A DNA stretch of 64,000 bases from positions 611,591-675,590 of the forward strand of contig CAVTLK010000001.1 in the NCBI GenBank assembly GCA_963735595.1, read 5' to 3'. The notes beneath the pieces were generated by a model. That model was not told the DNA's origin, searched no databases, and saw only the letters and a list, made by a program, of their open reading frames with translations. A program made the position numbers and the translations under genes. The DNA is from an uncultured delta proteobacterium. GTDB lineage: Bacteria; Desulfobacterota; Zymogenia; Zymogenales; Zymogenaceae. Positions 27,789 to 36,986 of this stretch are shown here, in pieces; position 1 is the first letter of the stretch; each line of letters opens with the position of its first letter.

Positions 27789-30700
27789 TCATGTAGATAC
27801 CAAATCGTTGAGCATAGCCACCAGGGCATCGACGTCAAAGGGTTTCTCGATAAACCGATTATTGGTGATCTGTAAGAACGACTGCGTATCTTTGCTCAGT
27901 ACGTCGCCCGTTATGAAGATGACTTTTTCGGCGATCTCCGGATGATGCTTCTGGATGTACAGGTAGAGTTCCCTGCCGCCGATCCCCGGCATCTTGATGT
28001 CCGAGACGACTGCGTCGAAGTGTCGTATCTCAAGGAGGCTGACGGCTTCCTCGCCGGTTGACGCGGTTTCGAGGAGGAACCCGGCCTCTGCCAGGGCGTC
28101 GGAGAGGAGGTTGCGCAGCGACGCCTCGTCCTCGACCACCAGCACTCCTTTTGCGCCGGGTGGCGCCTGTATGTGCGCCCTGATCTCTTCCCGGACGGTT
28201 TTCCCGCCCTCTATGAGCGGCAGCGTTATGGTGAATTTCGACCCCTTACCCGGTTTGCTGTGAACCTCTATTGTGCCGTTGTGCTCATGGATGATACCGT
28301 AGGCCATGCTGAGTCCGAGCCCGGTGCCCTTCCCGACGTCTTTGGTCGTGAAGAATGGGTCGAAGATCCTATTGATGAGATCGTTGGGAATGCCCGGCCC
28401 GTTGTCCTCGAACTCCACCAGGATGAGACTGTCTTCCCTGTATGACCTGATTACCAGCGCCGCCTGTTCCTGCCCGGCGAGCGCGTCCCGGGCGTTGTTG
28501 ATGAGGTTGATAAAGACCTGCTGGAGCTGGTATGGGTCGACAAAGTTCTCCGGCAGGTCGTCGGCAAACGACGTACGTACGTCGATGTTGCTGACCCTCA
28601 GATCGTACTCCCTGAGCTTGAGCGATTCGGTCAGGATCTCGTTGATGTCGGTCATCATCCGCTCCGGCCGGTGCTCACGCGCGAACGCCAGCAGACCGCC
28701 GACGATCTTTGCCGACCGTCTCGACTCCCTCAGGATAACGTCGAGCTTTGCCCTGATATCGTCCGGCACGTCCCGCCTCGAAAGCAGCTGCGCGTTGCCG
28801 ATGATTGACGTGAGCGGGTTATTGAGCTCGTGTGCCACCCCGGAGATCATAGTGCCGACGGCGGAGAGCTTTTCGGACTGCAGGAGCTGCATCTCCATTC
28901 TCTTCTTTTCGGTCATGTCCCGCGCGGAAGAGAAAAAGTGGACGGGCTTGCCGTTATCATCTTTCTTCAGGTTCACCGACACCAATACATCGATAGTCTC
29001 CCCGCTTTTCTTCTTTAACCTGGCCTCGAGGTTCGTTACATAGCCTTTTTCGATGATCCCGTTTATAATCTCCTGCCTGTCGTCCGGGTTCGAATAAAGT
29101 TCAAGCATCGTGATTTTGGAAAGCTCCTCGGGAGAGTAACCGAAGAACTCCTGAGCGGCATCGTTGGTGTCGATAAATCTCCCTTCGAGGTCGGTGATGC
29201 ACATAAAATCCCGGGATGTCTCAAACAGGCTGCGGAATTTTTCCTCGGATGCTCTGAGCTCAAGCGTACGGTCGAAAAGGAGCCTGTTTATTTCCTGTAT
29301 ATTTTCCTCGGCTTGCCTGCGATCGGTAATGTCGCTGCAGGCCCCTATCATTCCGTATGCATTTCCTGTTTCATCGAACATGGCCGAGCCGCGGTCCGTC
29401 CAGTAGCGAATCGTCCCGTCCTTCTGTATCACGCGGTATTCCTCGTTATACGGCACCTTCTTTTTCACATGCTGCTCTAACGCCGCCAATACCCTGTCGC
29501 GGTCTTCGGGATGAATCACCTCTTCCCACGCCTCGATCGTCCGGGGGAATTCGCCCGGGTCATAGCCGAGCATTTCATCAATATTACCGTACCAGTCCAG
29601 GCTTCCCCGTTTGATATCCCACTCGTATATCAAGTCGCTCGCGCTGACGGCGCCGACGCGAAACCGCTCCTCGCTCTTCCGTAATTCGTCTTCCGCTTGC
29701 CTGCGCTCGGTAATGTCGGTTATCAGGCCCGTCAGGCCGATAACCGAACCGCCGTCCATGACGGGGTTCGATGACGAGCGGACGTAACGATAGGAACCGT
29801 CTTTCGTGACAACCCGAAATTCCGCCTCCTCCTTGATTCCCTGGAGGCTCCGGCCGAAGCTGCCGATGAGATCAGGGAGATCATCAGGATGTATGAACTC
29901 GGCGAGGTTCTTCCGTACGTATTCGTCCGTTGTATAACCGGTTATCCCTTCCGCAACGGGGCTCATATACGTTATCGTTCCGTCAATATCTACATTAAAC
30001 ACAACGTCACTGATATTCTCCACGAGCGAGCGGAATTGTTCCTCGCTTTTCTTGAGCGCTTCCTCGATCCTTATACGCTCGGTGATATCTGCATTGAATC
30101 CGTGCCAGATTATGCCGCCGTCTGCCAGTTTCTCGGGTGTCGATTGGGCAAACAGCCATCTGACCGGCCCGCCGGGGATCTGTACTCGATATTCGCATTG
30201 CCAGAGCGTCATGCGGTCGGCGCTCAATTCAATTGACGTTACTACTTTGTCAAAATCCCCGGGCACTATCGCTCCGGCGATTGGAGAGAAATCCTCGCGC
30301 ACGTCCTGAGGCGAACAGCCGAAGATGTCTCTAATACCTTCCGAGGTAAATGGAACACAATAGGTTCCGTCGGGCCTCTTCAAGAACTGGAAAATCATCC
30401 CGGGGACGTTGGCAGACAGTTTCCTGAATCGGACGTCGCTTTCGCGCAGGGCGTCCTCCATCTGTCTACGCTCGGTGACGTCTCTGATGATCTCCAGCGA
30501 GCAGTAGTGCCCCTCCGGCATAAGGATCGGGGATATATGAATCTCGAGCACCGAGCCGTTCGAGTAGGTTGCTTCCTTAACGAACTGCTTATGCTCGCGG
30601 ATGGTCTCCAGCGTAACGCATCCGTTGCACGGAACGTCGATGCCGTGGTAAAACTCGTGGCATATCTGTCCTATTCCATCGCCGAAACGCTCCTTCGCGG

Positions 30701-33167
30701 CCCGGTTTTGAAAAACGATCCGGTACGATTCATCGATGATATCTATCGAATCGTCCATGAAGTTGATCACGTTCTCATTGAACTTCTTGAGGTACGATAT
30801 CTTCTCTTCCGCGCTTTTCCTTTCGGTGACGTCCTCAAGCATTCCCATCTGGCGCGACGCCTTCCCCTTTTCGTCCGGGACAAAGAACCCTCGATCGCGG
30901 ATCCAAACGTAGTGCCCGCCCTTGTGCCGCAGGCGGTACTGGACGTCCCAGAAGGAACAGGCCGCCTCCGCCTGATTGAGGAGTCGCAGCGTCTCTTCCT
31001 TGTCGTCCGGATGCAGCCACTCGAGCCACTGGTCGAACCCTCCGCCATATTCCTCCGGCGCGTAGCCCAGCAGCTCTTCCATCGTCAGGCCCCAGACGAT
31101 CCGCCCGGTAGGAACGTCGTAGTCATAGGCAACCTGGCCCGAGGCCGCCACGACCAGCTCGTAGCGCTCCTTCCACTGACGAACGGCGTCTTCCCGCTGC
31201 CTGCGCTCGGTGACGTCCTGGATGGCGCCGCGAAGGCATATCGGGGACCCCTTCGCGTCCCGGACGATCTCTCCGAGCGCGTAGATCCATTTCGCCTCGC
31301 CCGCGGGGGTTATGATGCGGTATTCGAGCTCGTACGTATCCTCATCCTCGACGGCCTGAACGACAATCCGCTCGGCCATCTCCCGGTCGTCCGGGTGCAC
31401 CAAGGTCAGGGTGTCGGAAACGACCGGCGTATAGACAGCCGGGTCCCGGCCGAAGATTTTGTAAGTCTCATCGGACCAGACCAGCCGGTCGGTGACGAGG
31501 TCCCAGTCCCAGCTCCCCACGGAGGCGATTCGCTGGGCCATCGACAGGGTGCGCTCGCTTTCCTGAATCTTTTCTTCGGATATCCTCCTCTCGGTGATGT
31601 CCTCGGTGAATCCCTCGAAGTATTCTATCGTGCCCTCGGAATTATAGACGGGATGCACCGACTGCCGGCCCCACCTGATGCTCCCATCTCTTCGCTTGAA
31701 CCGGCCTTCGGTGGTGGCCCAGCCGTCTTTTCGTATAGCCTCTTCCAGAAGCGCCGAGCGCTGCCCGGGCTCAGCGTACAGCTCGGATGCGATATCCTTC
31801 ACCGAGGAAACCATCTCTTCGGGCGAATCGAACCCGACCATGCGCGCCAGTGCCGTGTTGACCCGCAAATATTTCCCCTCGGGCAGGGAATGGAAGATCC
31901 CGACCGTCGCCCCCTCGAAGAGGTGGCGGTAGCGGCCTTCGCTTTCGATCAGCGCCTCCTCGGCCCGCTTGCGGTCGGTGATGTTCTTGATAACGTGGAC
32001 CGACCCGACGACGTCGCCCTTCGCGTCGAAGATCGGCGAATCCACCAGCTGCATATAGATACCAAGCCTCGGCTCGAATATCTCCCCCTCCACGCTCCGT
32101 TTGGTCTCGAAGACTTTACTGTGCGGGCAAAACGGGGGTGGTTCCGTTGTCCCGTGGATCACCTCGTAGCAGAACTTGCCGATAAGGTCTTTCGGGCTTA
32201 TCTTGACGAAATCAGCGAAAGACCTGCTCACCCTTTGTATCCGGTAGTCGGCGTCCTGGATGGAGATCATGTCCGTGATGGAGTCAAAGGTGGTTCTCCA
32301 TTCCTGCGCGGCCCTCAACAGGGCCGCCTCGGACTTCTTGCGCTCGGTTACGTCTCGCCCGACGCCGATGATCTCCCTGGGTTTGCCGTCCGCGTCCCTC
32401 ACCAGCGTCACGGCGAGTTCACCCCAGATGGTCGTCCCGTCTTTTCGGTAAAATTCAAGCTCCATGCTCCGGGATATCGTAACGTCTTTGTTGGCAAGCC
32501 GCTCAGCGGTCATTTCTTCGGCAATGATGCTCTTGAGGGTTTTAAGCGACTGGGGCGTTACCTGTTTGTCAAGCGGCAGGGCGTTAAGCTCTTTCAGCGT
32601 ATATCCGCGGTCCTTGGTCACCGACGGGCTGATATAGGTCGCCTTGAGGTTGAGATCCATGACCCACACGGTATCGGTCATGTTCTCGGTTATCGTGCGG
32701 TAGTGTTTTTCGCTGAGCCGGACTTCCTCGTGCAGCGCCCCGTTTTCGATCACGAGGCGCTGCTTTTCGAGAGCGTCGGTGACTACAGCCAGGACTTCAT
32801 CCATGTTAAGGGGCTTAATGAGGTATCTCTGAGCCCCTTCGTTTATCGAGCGCACCGCCGAATCAAGGGTTGGGTCCGCGGCAACCATGACGATCGCCGT
32901 GTCCGGTTGCAGCTTCTTGAGCGGCGCTATCAGTTCGGTCCCCGGCGTATCGGGAAGTCCGATATCAAGCAGCACCACATTGAAGGGCTTTCCACGCGCG
33001 GCGGTAATCGCCTCGTTTGCCGTCCCGACCGCGAGAACCTCAAATCCCTCCTTTTTGAATATCGCGGAGAAGCGCTTGCGCGCGCCCGTATCGTTATCGA
33101 CAATCAGGATTGTCGGCTTCCCGTTCATTGTTTTCCCTGCCTTGACCATATCCTGCGCCTTTTTCAT
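27789..33167 (-). CDS. Cytoplasmic hybrid sensor kinase: REC + 10 PAS/PAC + HisKA + HATPase_c + REC
   Basis: Repeated SE..(F/Y)R...DITER modules (10 counted), SGVAHELNNPL, GKGTGLGL. Confidence 0.93.
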   Translation of the reverse strand: MKKAQDMVKAGKTMNGKPTILIVDNDTGARKRFSAIFKKEGFEVLAVGTANEAITAARGKPFNVVLLDIGLPDTPGTELIAPLKKLQPDTAIVMVAADPTLDSAVRSINEGAQRYLIKPLNMDEVLAVVTDALEKQRLVIENGALHEEVRLSEKHYRTITENMTDTVWVMDLNLKATYISPSVTKDRGYTLKELNALPLDKQVTPQSLKTLKSIIAEEMTAERLANKDVTISRSMELEFYRKDGTTIWGELAVTLVRDADGKPREIIGVGRDVTERKKSEAALLRAAQEWRTTFDSITDMISIQDADYRIQRVSRSFADFVKISPKDLIGKFCYEVIHGTTEPPPFCPHSKVFETKRSVEGEIFEPRLGIYMQLVDSPIFDAKGDVVGSVHVIKNITDRKRAEEALIESEGRYRHLFEGATVGIFHSLPEGKYLRVNTALARMVGFDSPEEMVSSVKDIASELYAEPGQRSALLEEAIRKDGWATTEGRFKRRDGSIRWGRQSVHPVYNSEGTIEYFEGFTEDITERRISEEKIQESERTLSMAQRIASVGSWDWDLVTDRLVWSDETYKIFGRDPAVYTPVVSDTLTLVHPDDREMAERIVVQAVEDEDTYELEYRIITPAGEAKWIYALGEIVRDAKGSPICLRGAIQDVTERRQREDAVRQWKERYELVVAASGQVAYDYDVPTGRIVWGLTMEELLGYAPEEYGGGFDQWLEWLHPDDKEETLRLLNQAEAACSFWDVQYRLRHKGGHYVWIRDRGFFVPDEKGKASRQMGMLEDVTERKSAEEKISYLKKFNENVINFMDDSIDIIDESYRIVFQNRAAKERFGDGIGQICHEFYHGIDVPCNGCVTLETIREHKQFVKEATYSNGSVLEIHISPILMPEGHYCSLEIIRDVTERRQMEDALRESDVRFRKLSANVPGMIFQFLKRPDGTYCVPFTSEGIRDIFGCSPQDVREDFSPIAGAIVPGDFDKVVTSIELSADRMTLWQCEYRVQIPGGPVRWLFAQSTPEKLADGGIIWHGFNADITERIRIEEALKKSEEQFRSLVENISDVVFNVDIDGTITYMSPVAEGITGYTTDEYVRKNLAEFIHPDDLPDLIGSFGRSLQGIKEEAEFRVVTKDGSYRYVRSSSNPVMDGGSVIGLTGLITDITERRQAEDELRKSEERFRVGAVSASDLIYEWDIKRGSLDWYGNIDEMLGYDPGEFPRTIEAWEEVIHPEDRDRVLAALEQHVKKKVPYNEEYRVIQKDGTIRYWTDRGSAMFDETGNAYGMIGACSDITDRRQAEENIQEINRLLFDRTLELRASEEKFRSLFETSRDFMCITDLEGRFIDTNDAAQEFFGYSPEELSKITMLELYSNPDDRQEIINGIIEKGYVTNLEARLKKKSGETIDVLVSVNLKKDDNGKPVHFFSSARDMTEKKRMEMQLLQSEKLSAVGTMISGVAHELNNPLTSIIGNAQLLSRRDVPDDIRAKLDVILRESRRSAKIVGGLLAFAREHRPERMMTDINEILTESLKLREYDLRVSNIDVRTSFADDLPENFVDPYQLQQVFINLINNARDALAGQEQAALVIRSYREDSLILVEFEDNGPGIPNDLINRIFDPFFTTKDVGKGTGLGLSMAYGIIHEHNGTIEVHSKPGKGSKFTITLPLIEGGKTVREEIRAHIQAPPGAKGVLVVEDEASLRNLLSDALAEAGFLLETASTGEEAVSLLEIRHFDAVVSDIKMPGIGGRELYLYIQKHHPEIAEKVIFITGDVLSKDTQSFLQITNNRFIEKPFDVDALVAMLNDLVST

Positions 33168-33770
33168 AGAACCTCACCCATGCGAATCAAAGACGATGAG
33201 AGCGACGAACCGGGTTTCCCCGGAATTCCAAACCGGCCGGCCCTCGAACAGGTCGCCGGATTCACTCGGGCCGGCAACTCCACGGAAAGGAATAGCCCGT
33301 CCCCCCGGTCCCGTCGGCAGTAACGGCCCGGTTCCCTACTGCTGAAACGAACAAATAATTCCACTATATCGGTTATTTACCGTCGTCCCTGTAAAATACA
33401 AACGTTTCCCGGAGAGGTGCGATCCGTATTGGGTTATGGTGATTCCGGCCAATCCGAATGGGACGGCGAAGAGCTGCTCGATACGAAGTAAGAAGAGACG
33501 GATGGCCTGACGAGAAAAAACACTCCATCATATCGGCTAACGGAATAGTTGAATATATTAGTTATTTTACTATTCAATTCCGGTTTTGTCAAACCGCGCA
33601 GCTGAACGTGAAGTGTAATATGAAGAATTCCTGCTATAGATGATGCAATAAATAGCACGCAGGAATACGATTCAATAGTAATATTTTGTTAAATGCATCT
33701 TCCGGTAATTTCTTTTTTTTATTTTTGGGGGGCTTCGTAGCGGCCGCGCAGACCCCCGTCCTGAAGACGC

Positions 33771-33844
33771 AAAAAGGGGTTACGGCAATTGCCGTAACCC
33801 CCCGCTGTCATTGGTCGGGACGGGAGGATTTGAACCTCCGACCC
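33771..33844 (-). repeat. Copy 3 of tRNA-Pro 3' end (33812-33844) plus downstream terminator (att-like)
   Basis: TGGTCGGGACGGGAGGATTTGAACCTCCGACCC has 1 mismatch in 33 nt to tRNA-Pro; hairpin AAAAAGGGGTTACGGCAATTGCCGTAACCCC. Confidence 0.85.
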
Positions 33845-33985
33845 GATGGGAACCGGTAATGAGGAGATCGCATCTCGCAATGAAACCACTGAACGCGGGA
33901 CGAATGGAGAGATGCGAAAAGGCAACGAAGGGCCCGGTGATCTCAAGGCTCACGATCGATTCACCGGTACTCCGTGAGCAGGGGA

Positions 33986-34720
33986 CTAACGCTTGAGACT
34001 TGTCTGACTGCCTCCTCTCTCATCATCCTTGTCATTCCCCTCGACGCCCCTCTTTCCCCCGGGCGGGAAGACCATCATCTTCTGGAGGAAGTGGTAGGTT
34101 GTCTCTCCTGACGCCCTGGAGGGCATGGGCGGCAATTTGTCTCCCGTTACGGTGATTTCTTCCCCTCCGACGACGAAAATCGGTGGCAAATCCGGGAAAT
34201 AAGTCGGGGCGAGATAGACGGCGCCCTTAATAGTCAATAGGTGCGTGGTGCCTCCGTCCGGGTCGCGGGTCACGCCGAAGTCCGTCCCCCGCACTCCGAC
34301 CGTCGCATTACCCGTCTCAATAGTGAACCGAGAATCCTTGCTGACAAAGGGAACGACGATCGCCCTGATCTTGCCTTTGAGCAGCCCGAATGTGCTGGTG
34401 GATACCTTCGTGACCTCCAGCGTATTGAGCTCCTTGATCACGACCCGGCTGTTTGCCCCTATCACGATCGTGCTGCCATCGGAGAGCATAAGCTCGACCT
34501 TCCCCTTATCGCTGGTTTCGATCATGTCACCGACGCCAAGCCGTGTCCCCTTGACGAGCCGCACAAAACTCGTCTCCGCCCTGAATGTGACTTCCGGGAA
34601 CCCCCTCGTATCTACGACCACGGCGTCGGCCGGGTTCTGGCCCCGGGCGTCTACAAAACCCGCGACAATCAGTAACGTCACTACGGTACATACGGTCCCT
34701 ATGCTCCTCAACGACATCAC
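33986..34720 (-). CDS. FecR domain-containing secreted protein
   Basis: Signal peptide; GDMIETSDKGKVELMLSDGSTIVIGANS, LLKGKIRA, IETGNATVGVRGTDF. Confidence 0.85.
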   Translation of the reverse strand: MMSLRSIGTVCTVVTLLIVAGFVDARGQNPADAVVVDTRGFPEVTFRAETSFVRLVKGTRLGVGDMIETSDKGKVELMLSDGSTIVIGANSRVVIKELNTLEVTKVSTSTFGLLKGKIRAIVVPFVSKDSRFTIETGNATVGVRGTDFGVTRDPDGGTTHLLTIKGAVYLAPTYFPDLPPIFVVGGEEITVTGDKLPPMPSRASGETTYHFLQKMMVFPPGGKRGVEGNDKDDERGGSQTSLKR

Positions 34721-34759
34721 CTATCCCTCCTTTTTCGCGCAATATACCGTTCCAGTACT

Positions 34760-34788
34760 ATGATACCCCTCTCCATTGTGATAGTCAA
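34760..34788 (-). promoter_or_regulatory. Sigma70 promoter of the FecR cassette
   Basis: TTGACT-17 nt-TATCAT on the minus strand; AAGGAGGG RBS before the start. Confidence 0.6.
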
Positions 34789-34836
34789 CGTACTTCCTTC
34801 TCTCCTCTTCCCGGTTCCATTTCCGGCATAATCCAT

Positions 34837-34927
34837 AAAAAAGGGGTCACGCGAACCGCGTAACCCCTTGATATTCTTGGTCGGTACGAGAGGATTTGAA
34901 CCTCCGACCATAGGCCCCCCCGTCATG
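34837..34927 (-). repeat. Copy 2 of tRNA-Pro 3' half (34878-34927, degenerate anticodon arm) plus terminator (att-like)
   Basis: TGGTCGGTACGAGAGGATTTGAACCTCCGACC has 1 mismatch in 32 nt; the AGGGGTCACGCGAACCGCGTAACCCCT hairpin is identical to that after the intact tRNA. Confidence 0.88.
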
Positions 34928-34972
34928 CAGAGCCGGTGAGGCGAACCCCCTGATACTGCAGCGAAAATGATC

Positions 34973-36658
34973 TCAGGGTCGAGGCCCGTTTCCTTCCCAG
35001 CCCTTCAGACCATTGACGTAAACCTGCGTCGAGGCGCTGGTAACGGTGTGATCGGTGATCACGTTGACGCAGGCGGGTTTGCCCGATTGCAGGGCTCTCT
35101 CAATGGCCGGGGCGATCTGTTCGTCACTGGTGACGAACTCGCCGTAACCGCCCAGGGACTCTACCATGCGCTCGTAATGGACGATGCCCAGCTCGGTACC
35201 GCATACGCGGTCCATCCCGTAGCACATCTCCTGGGAATGCCTGGCGGAGCCCCACGCCTGGTCGTTGCAAATGACCGAGACCACCGGGATAGAGTGGCGG
35301 GCGGCGGACTCGAACTCTATGGCATTGAAACCGAAGGAGCCGTCGCCAGAGACGAGGATGACCTTCGCCTCGGGGCGTGCCAGCTTGGCGGCCATGGCGA
35401 AGGGAAGACCTATGCCCAGGCTTCCGAACTGGAGCCCGTTCGCGATGACGCCGGACTTCACGCCTGCACGCAGGGTGATAAGGCCGAAATAGACGGTGTC
35501 GCCCCCATCTATGATATAGATGGCGTCGTCCCCCGCTACGTGTCTCAGCTGATGCATGAGCCGGAAGGGATGGATAGGGTCGGTGGGTGTCTCCATCTGC
35601 TTCCGGTCGCCCTCGCTCACCGCCGTCTGGATGCCCGCGAGGGTTTCGATCCATTCGCCGCGCTTTCTTTCCTTTACCCGGCGGTTAAGCTGCCGGAGCA
35701 CCGCGCCGGCATCTCCGACCAGGGCGACGTCGGCGACCCGGTTTCTGTTCACCTCGACGGGATCGATATCCACCCGTATCACCTTGGCGTTGGCCATATA
35801 GTCCCCGTAGCTGAGGACCCAGTTGAACCGGATGCCGACGGCCAGGACCACATCTGCCATGGTCAGGGCGGCGAATGATCCCGCGAACCCTCCCGGCCAG
35901 AGTGAGAGGGGGTGCTCGTCCGGGATGGCGCCGCGTCCGCAGTTCATCAGCAGGGTGGGAATGCCGGCTTTTTCCACCAGCTTCAAAAGCTCTGCGTCGG
36001 CGTCGCTCCAGCAAATTCCGTCTCCCGCCACGAGAATCGGTTTCTTGGCGTTGTTGAGGAGTTCGGCTGCTTCCTCGATCAGGCCCTCGTCCGGTGACGC
36101 CGGGATAACGGCGCCGCGTTTAGCCGGCAACAGGATCTCGGCCCCTCCAAGCGGCGGAAAGAGGATATCCGGGGGGAGTTCCAGGTAAACGGGACCCGGC
36201 CTGCCGGACACCGCGTGCGTGAACGCCGTCGCCAGGTATTCGGGGATCCGTGCCGCCTGGTGGCATTTACCCGTCCACTTAGTGACCGGCTTGATCATAT
36301 CCACCTGGTTCACATCCTGGAGGGCTCCCCTGTCCAGCTCGCGTATGGAGCCTACGCCGCTCAGGACCACCATGGGGGCGCCCTCGTAGTAGGCGTTGGC
36401 GACCCCGGTGAGGGTGTTCGTGAACCCCGGACCGGCGGTTACCACGCATACCCCCGGCCTGCCCGTGTATATGGACCAGCCGTGGGCCATCATCGCGGCG
36501 GCCTGTTCGTGGCGCACGTCTATGACCCTGATCTTGTGCTCCAGGCAGCCGTCCAGAATGGGCATGATATGCCCGCCGGAGATAGAGAACAGGGTATCGA
36601 CCCCCTCTATTTCCTTCAGGTACCGGGCAACAACGTGTCCGCCGTGCGTGTCTCCCAT
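34973..36658 (-). CDS. Thiamine pyrophosphate-dependent enzyme (acetolactate synthase-like / 2-hydroxyacyl-CoA lyase-like)
   Basis: SISGGHI, VRHEQAAAMMA, TAGPGFTN, GDGSFGFN...NDQAWG. Confidence 0.9.
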   Translation of the reverse strand: MGDTHGGHVVARYLKEIEGVDTLFSISGGHIMPILDGCLEHKIRVIDVRHEQAAAMMAHGWSIYTGRPGVCVVTAGPGFTNTLTGVANAYYEGAPMVVLSGVGSIRELDRGALQDVNQVDMIKPVTKWTGKCHQAARIPEYLATAFTHAVSGRPGPVYLELPPDILFPPLGGAEILLPAKRGAVIPASPDEGLIEEAAELLNNAKKPILVAGDGICWSDADAELLKLVEKAGIPTLLMNCGRGAIPDEHPLSLWPGGFAGSFAALTMADVVLAVGIRFNWVLSYGDYMANAKVIRVDIDPVEVNRNRVADVALVGDAGAVLRQLNRRVKERKRGEWIETLAGIQTAVSEGDRKQMETPTDPIHPFRLMHQLRHVAGDDAIYIIDGGDTVYFGLITLRAGVKSGVIANGLQFGSLGIGLPFAMAAKLARPEAKVILVSGDGSFGFNAIEFESAARHSIPVVSVICNDQAWGSARHSQEMCYGMDRVCGTELGIVHYERMVESLGGYGEFVTSDEQIAPAIERALQSGKPACVNVITDHTVTSASTQVYVNGLKGWEGNGPRP

Positions 36659-36757
36659 GATCCCCTCCTTCCGATGCAGGATTAAGAATTGACGCGTCGA
36701 ACGGGGCGGTTCTGAGTGCAGTGAATAAATTTTACACTATTTTGACAAAAGACAAAA

Positions 36758-36790
36758 GAAAAAAGGGGTCACGCGAACCGCGTAACCCCT
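36758..36790 (-). terminator. Terminator of tRNA-Pro
   Basis: Minus strand AGGGGTTACGCG-GTT-CGCGTGACCCCT-TTTTT. Confidence 0.85.
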
Positions 36791-36798
36791 GCTATCAT

Positions 36799-36876
36799 TG
36801 GTCGGGACGAGAGGATTTGAACCTCCGACCCCATGACCCCCAGTCATGTGCGCTAACCAGTCTGCGCTACGTCCCG
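36799..36876 (-). tRNA. tRNA-Pro(GGG)
   Basis: CGGGACGTAGCGCAGACTGGTTAGCGCACATGACTGGGGGTCATGGGGTCGGAGGTTCAAATCCTCTCGTCCCGACCA; loop CT-GGG-GG. Confidence 0.96.
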
Positions 36877-36986
36877 ATTTTTTCTATCTGTTGTATCCCC
36901 TCAGCGGCCGGATAGGCCCCCCTCACACCCCTCGCCCTACCGTAATATGTCATGATAGTAAAAAAGAAAAAAAAGTGCAAGACAAA

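Noticed and set aside
30507-33323. 938-aa plus-strand ORF and other long antisense ORFs (e.g. 45105-47381, 38665-39801, 59035-60282, 8386-9753)
   Set aside because: They are shadow frames of well-supported opposite-strand genes in GC-rich DNA and have no recognisable motifs.
33440-33520. c-di-GMP-I riboswitch near GGGACGGCGAAGAGC
   Set aside because: It does not match the GGCAAACC...GAAA...GGGACGCAAAGC core, and no P2 stem with tetraloop receptor could be built by eye.
33812-34927. Additional functional tRNA-Pro genes
   Set aside because: The copies lack the 5' acceptor strand and D arm, so no cloverleaf can form; they are treated as att-like repeats.
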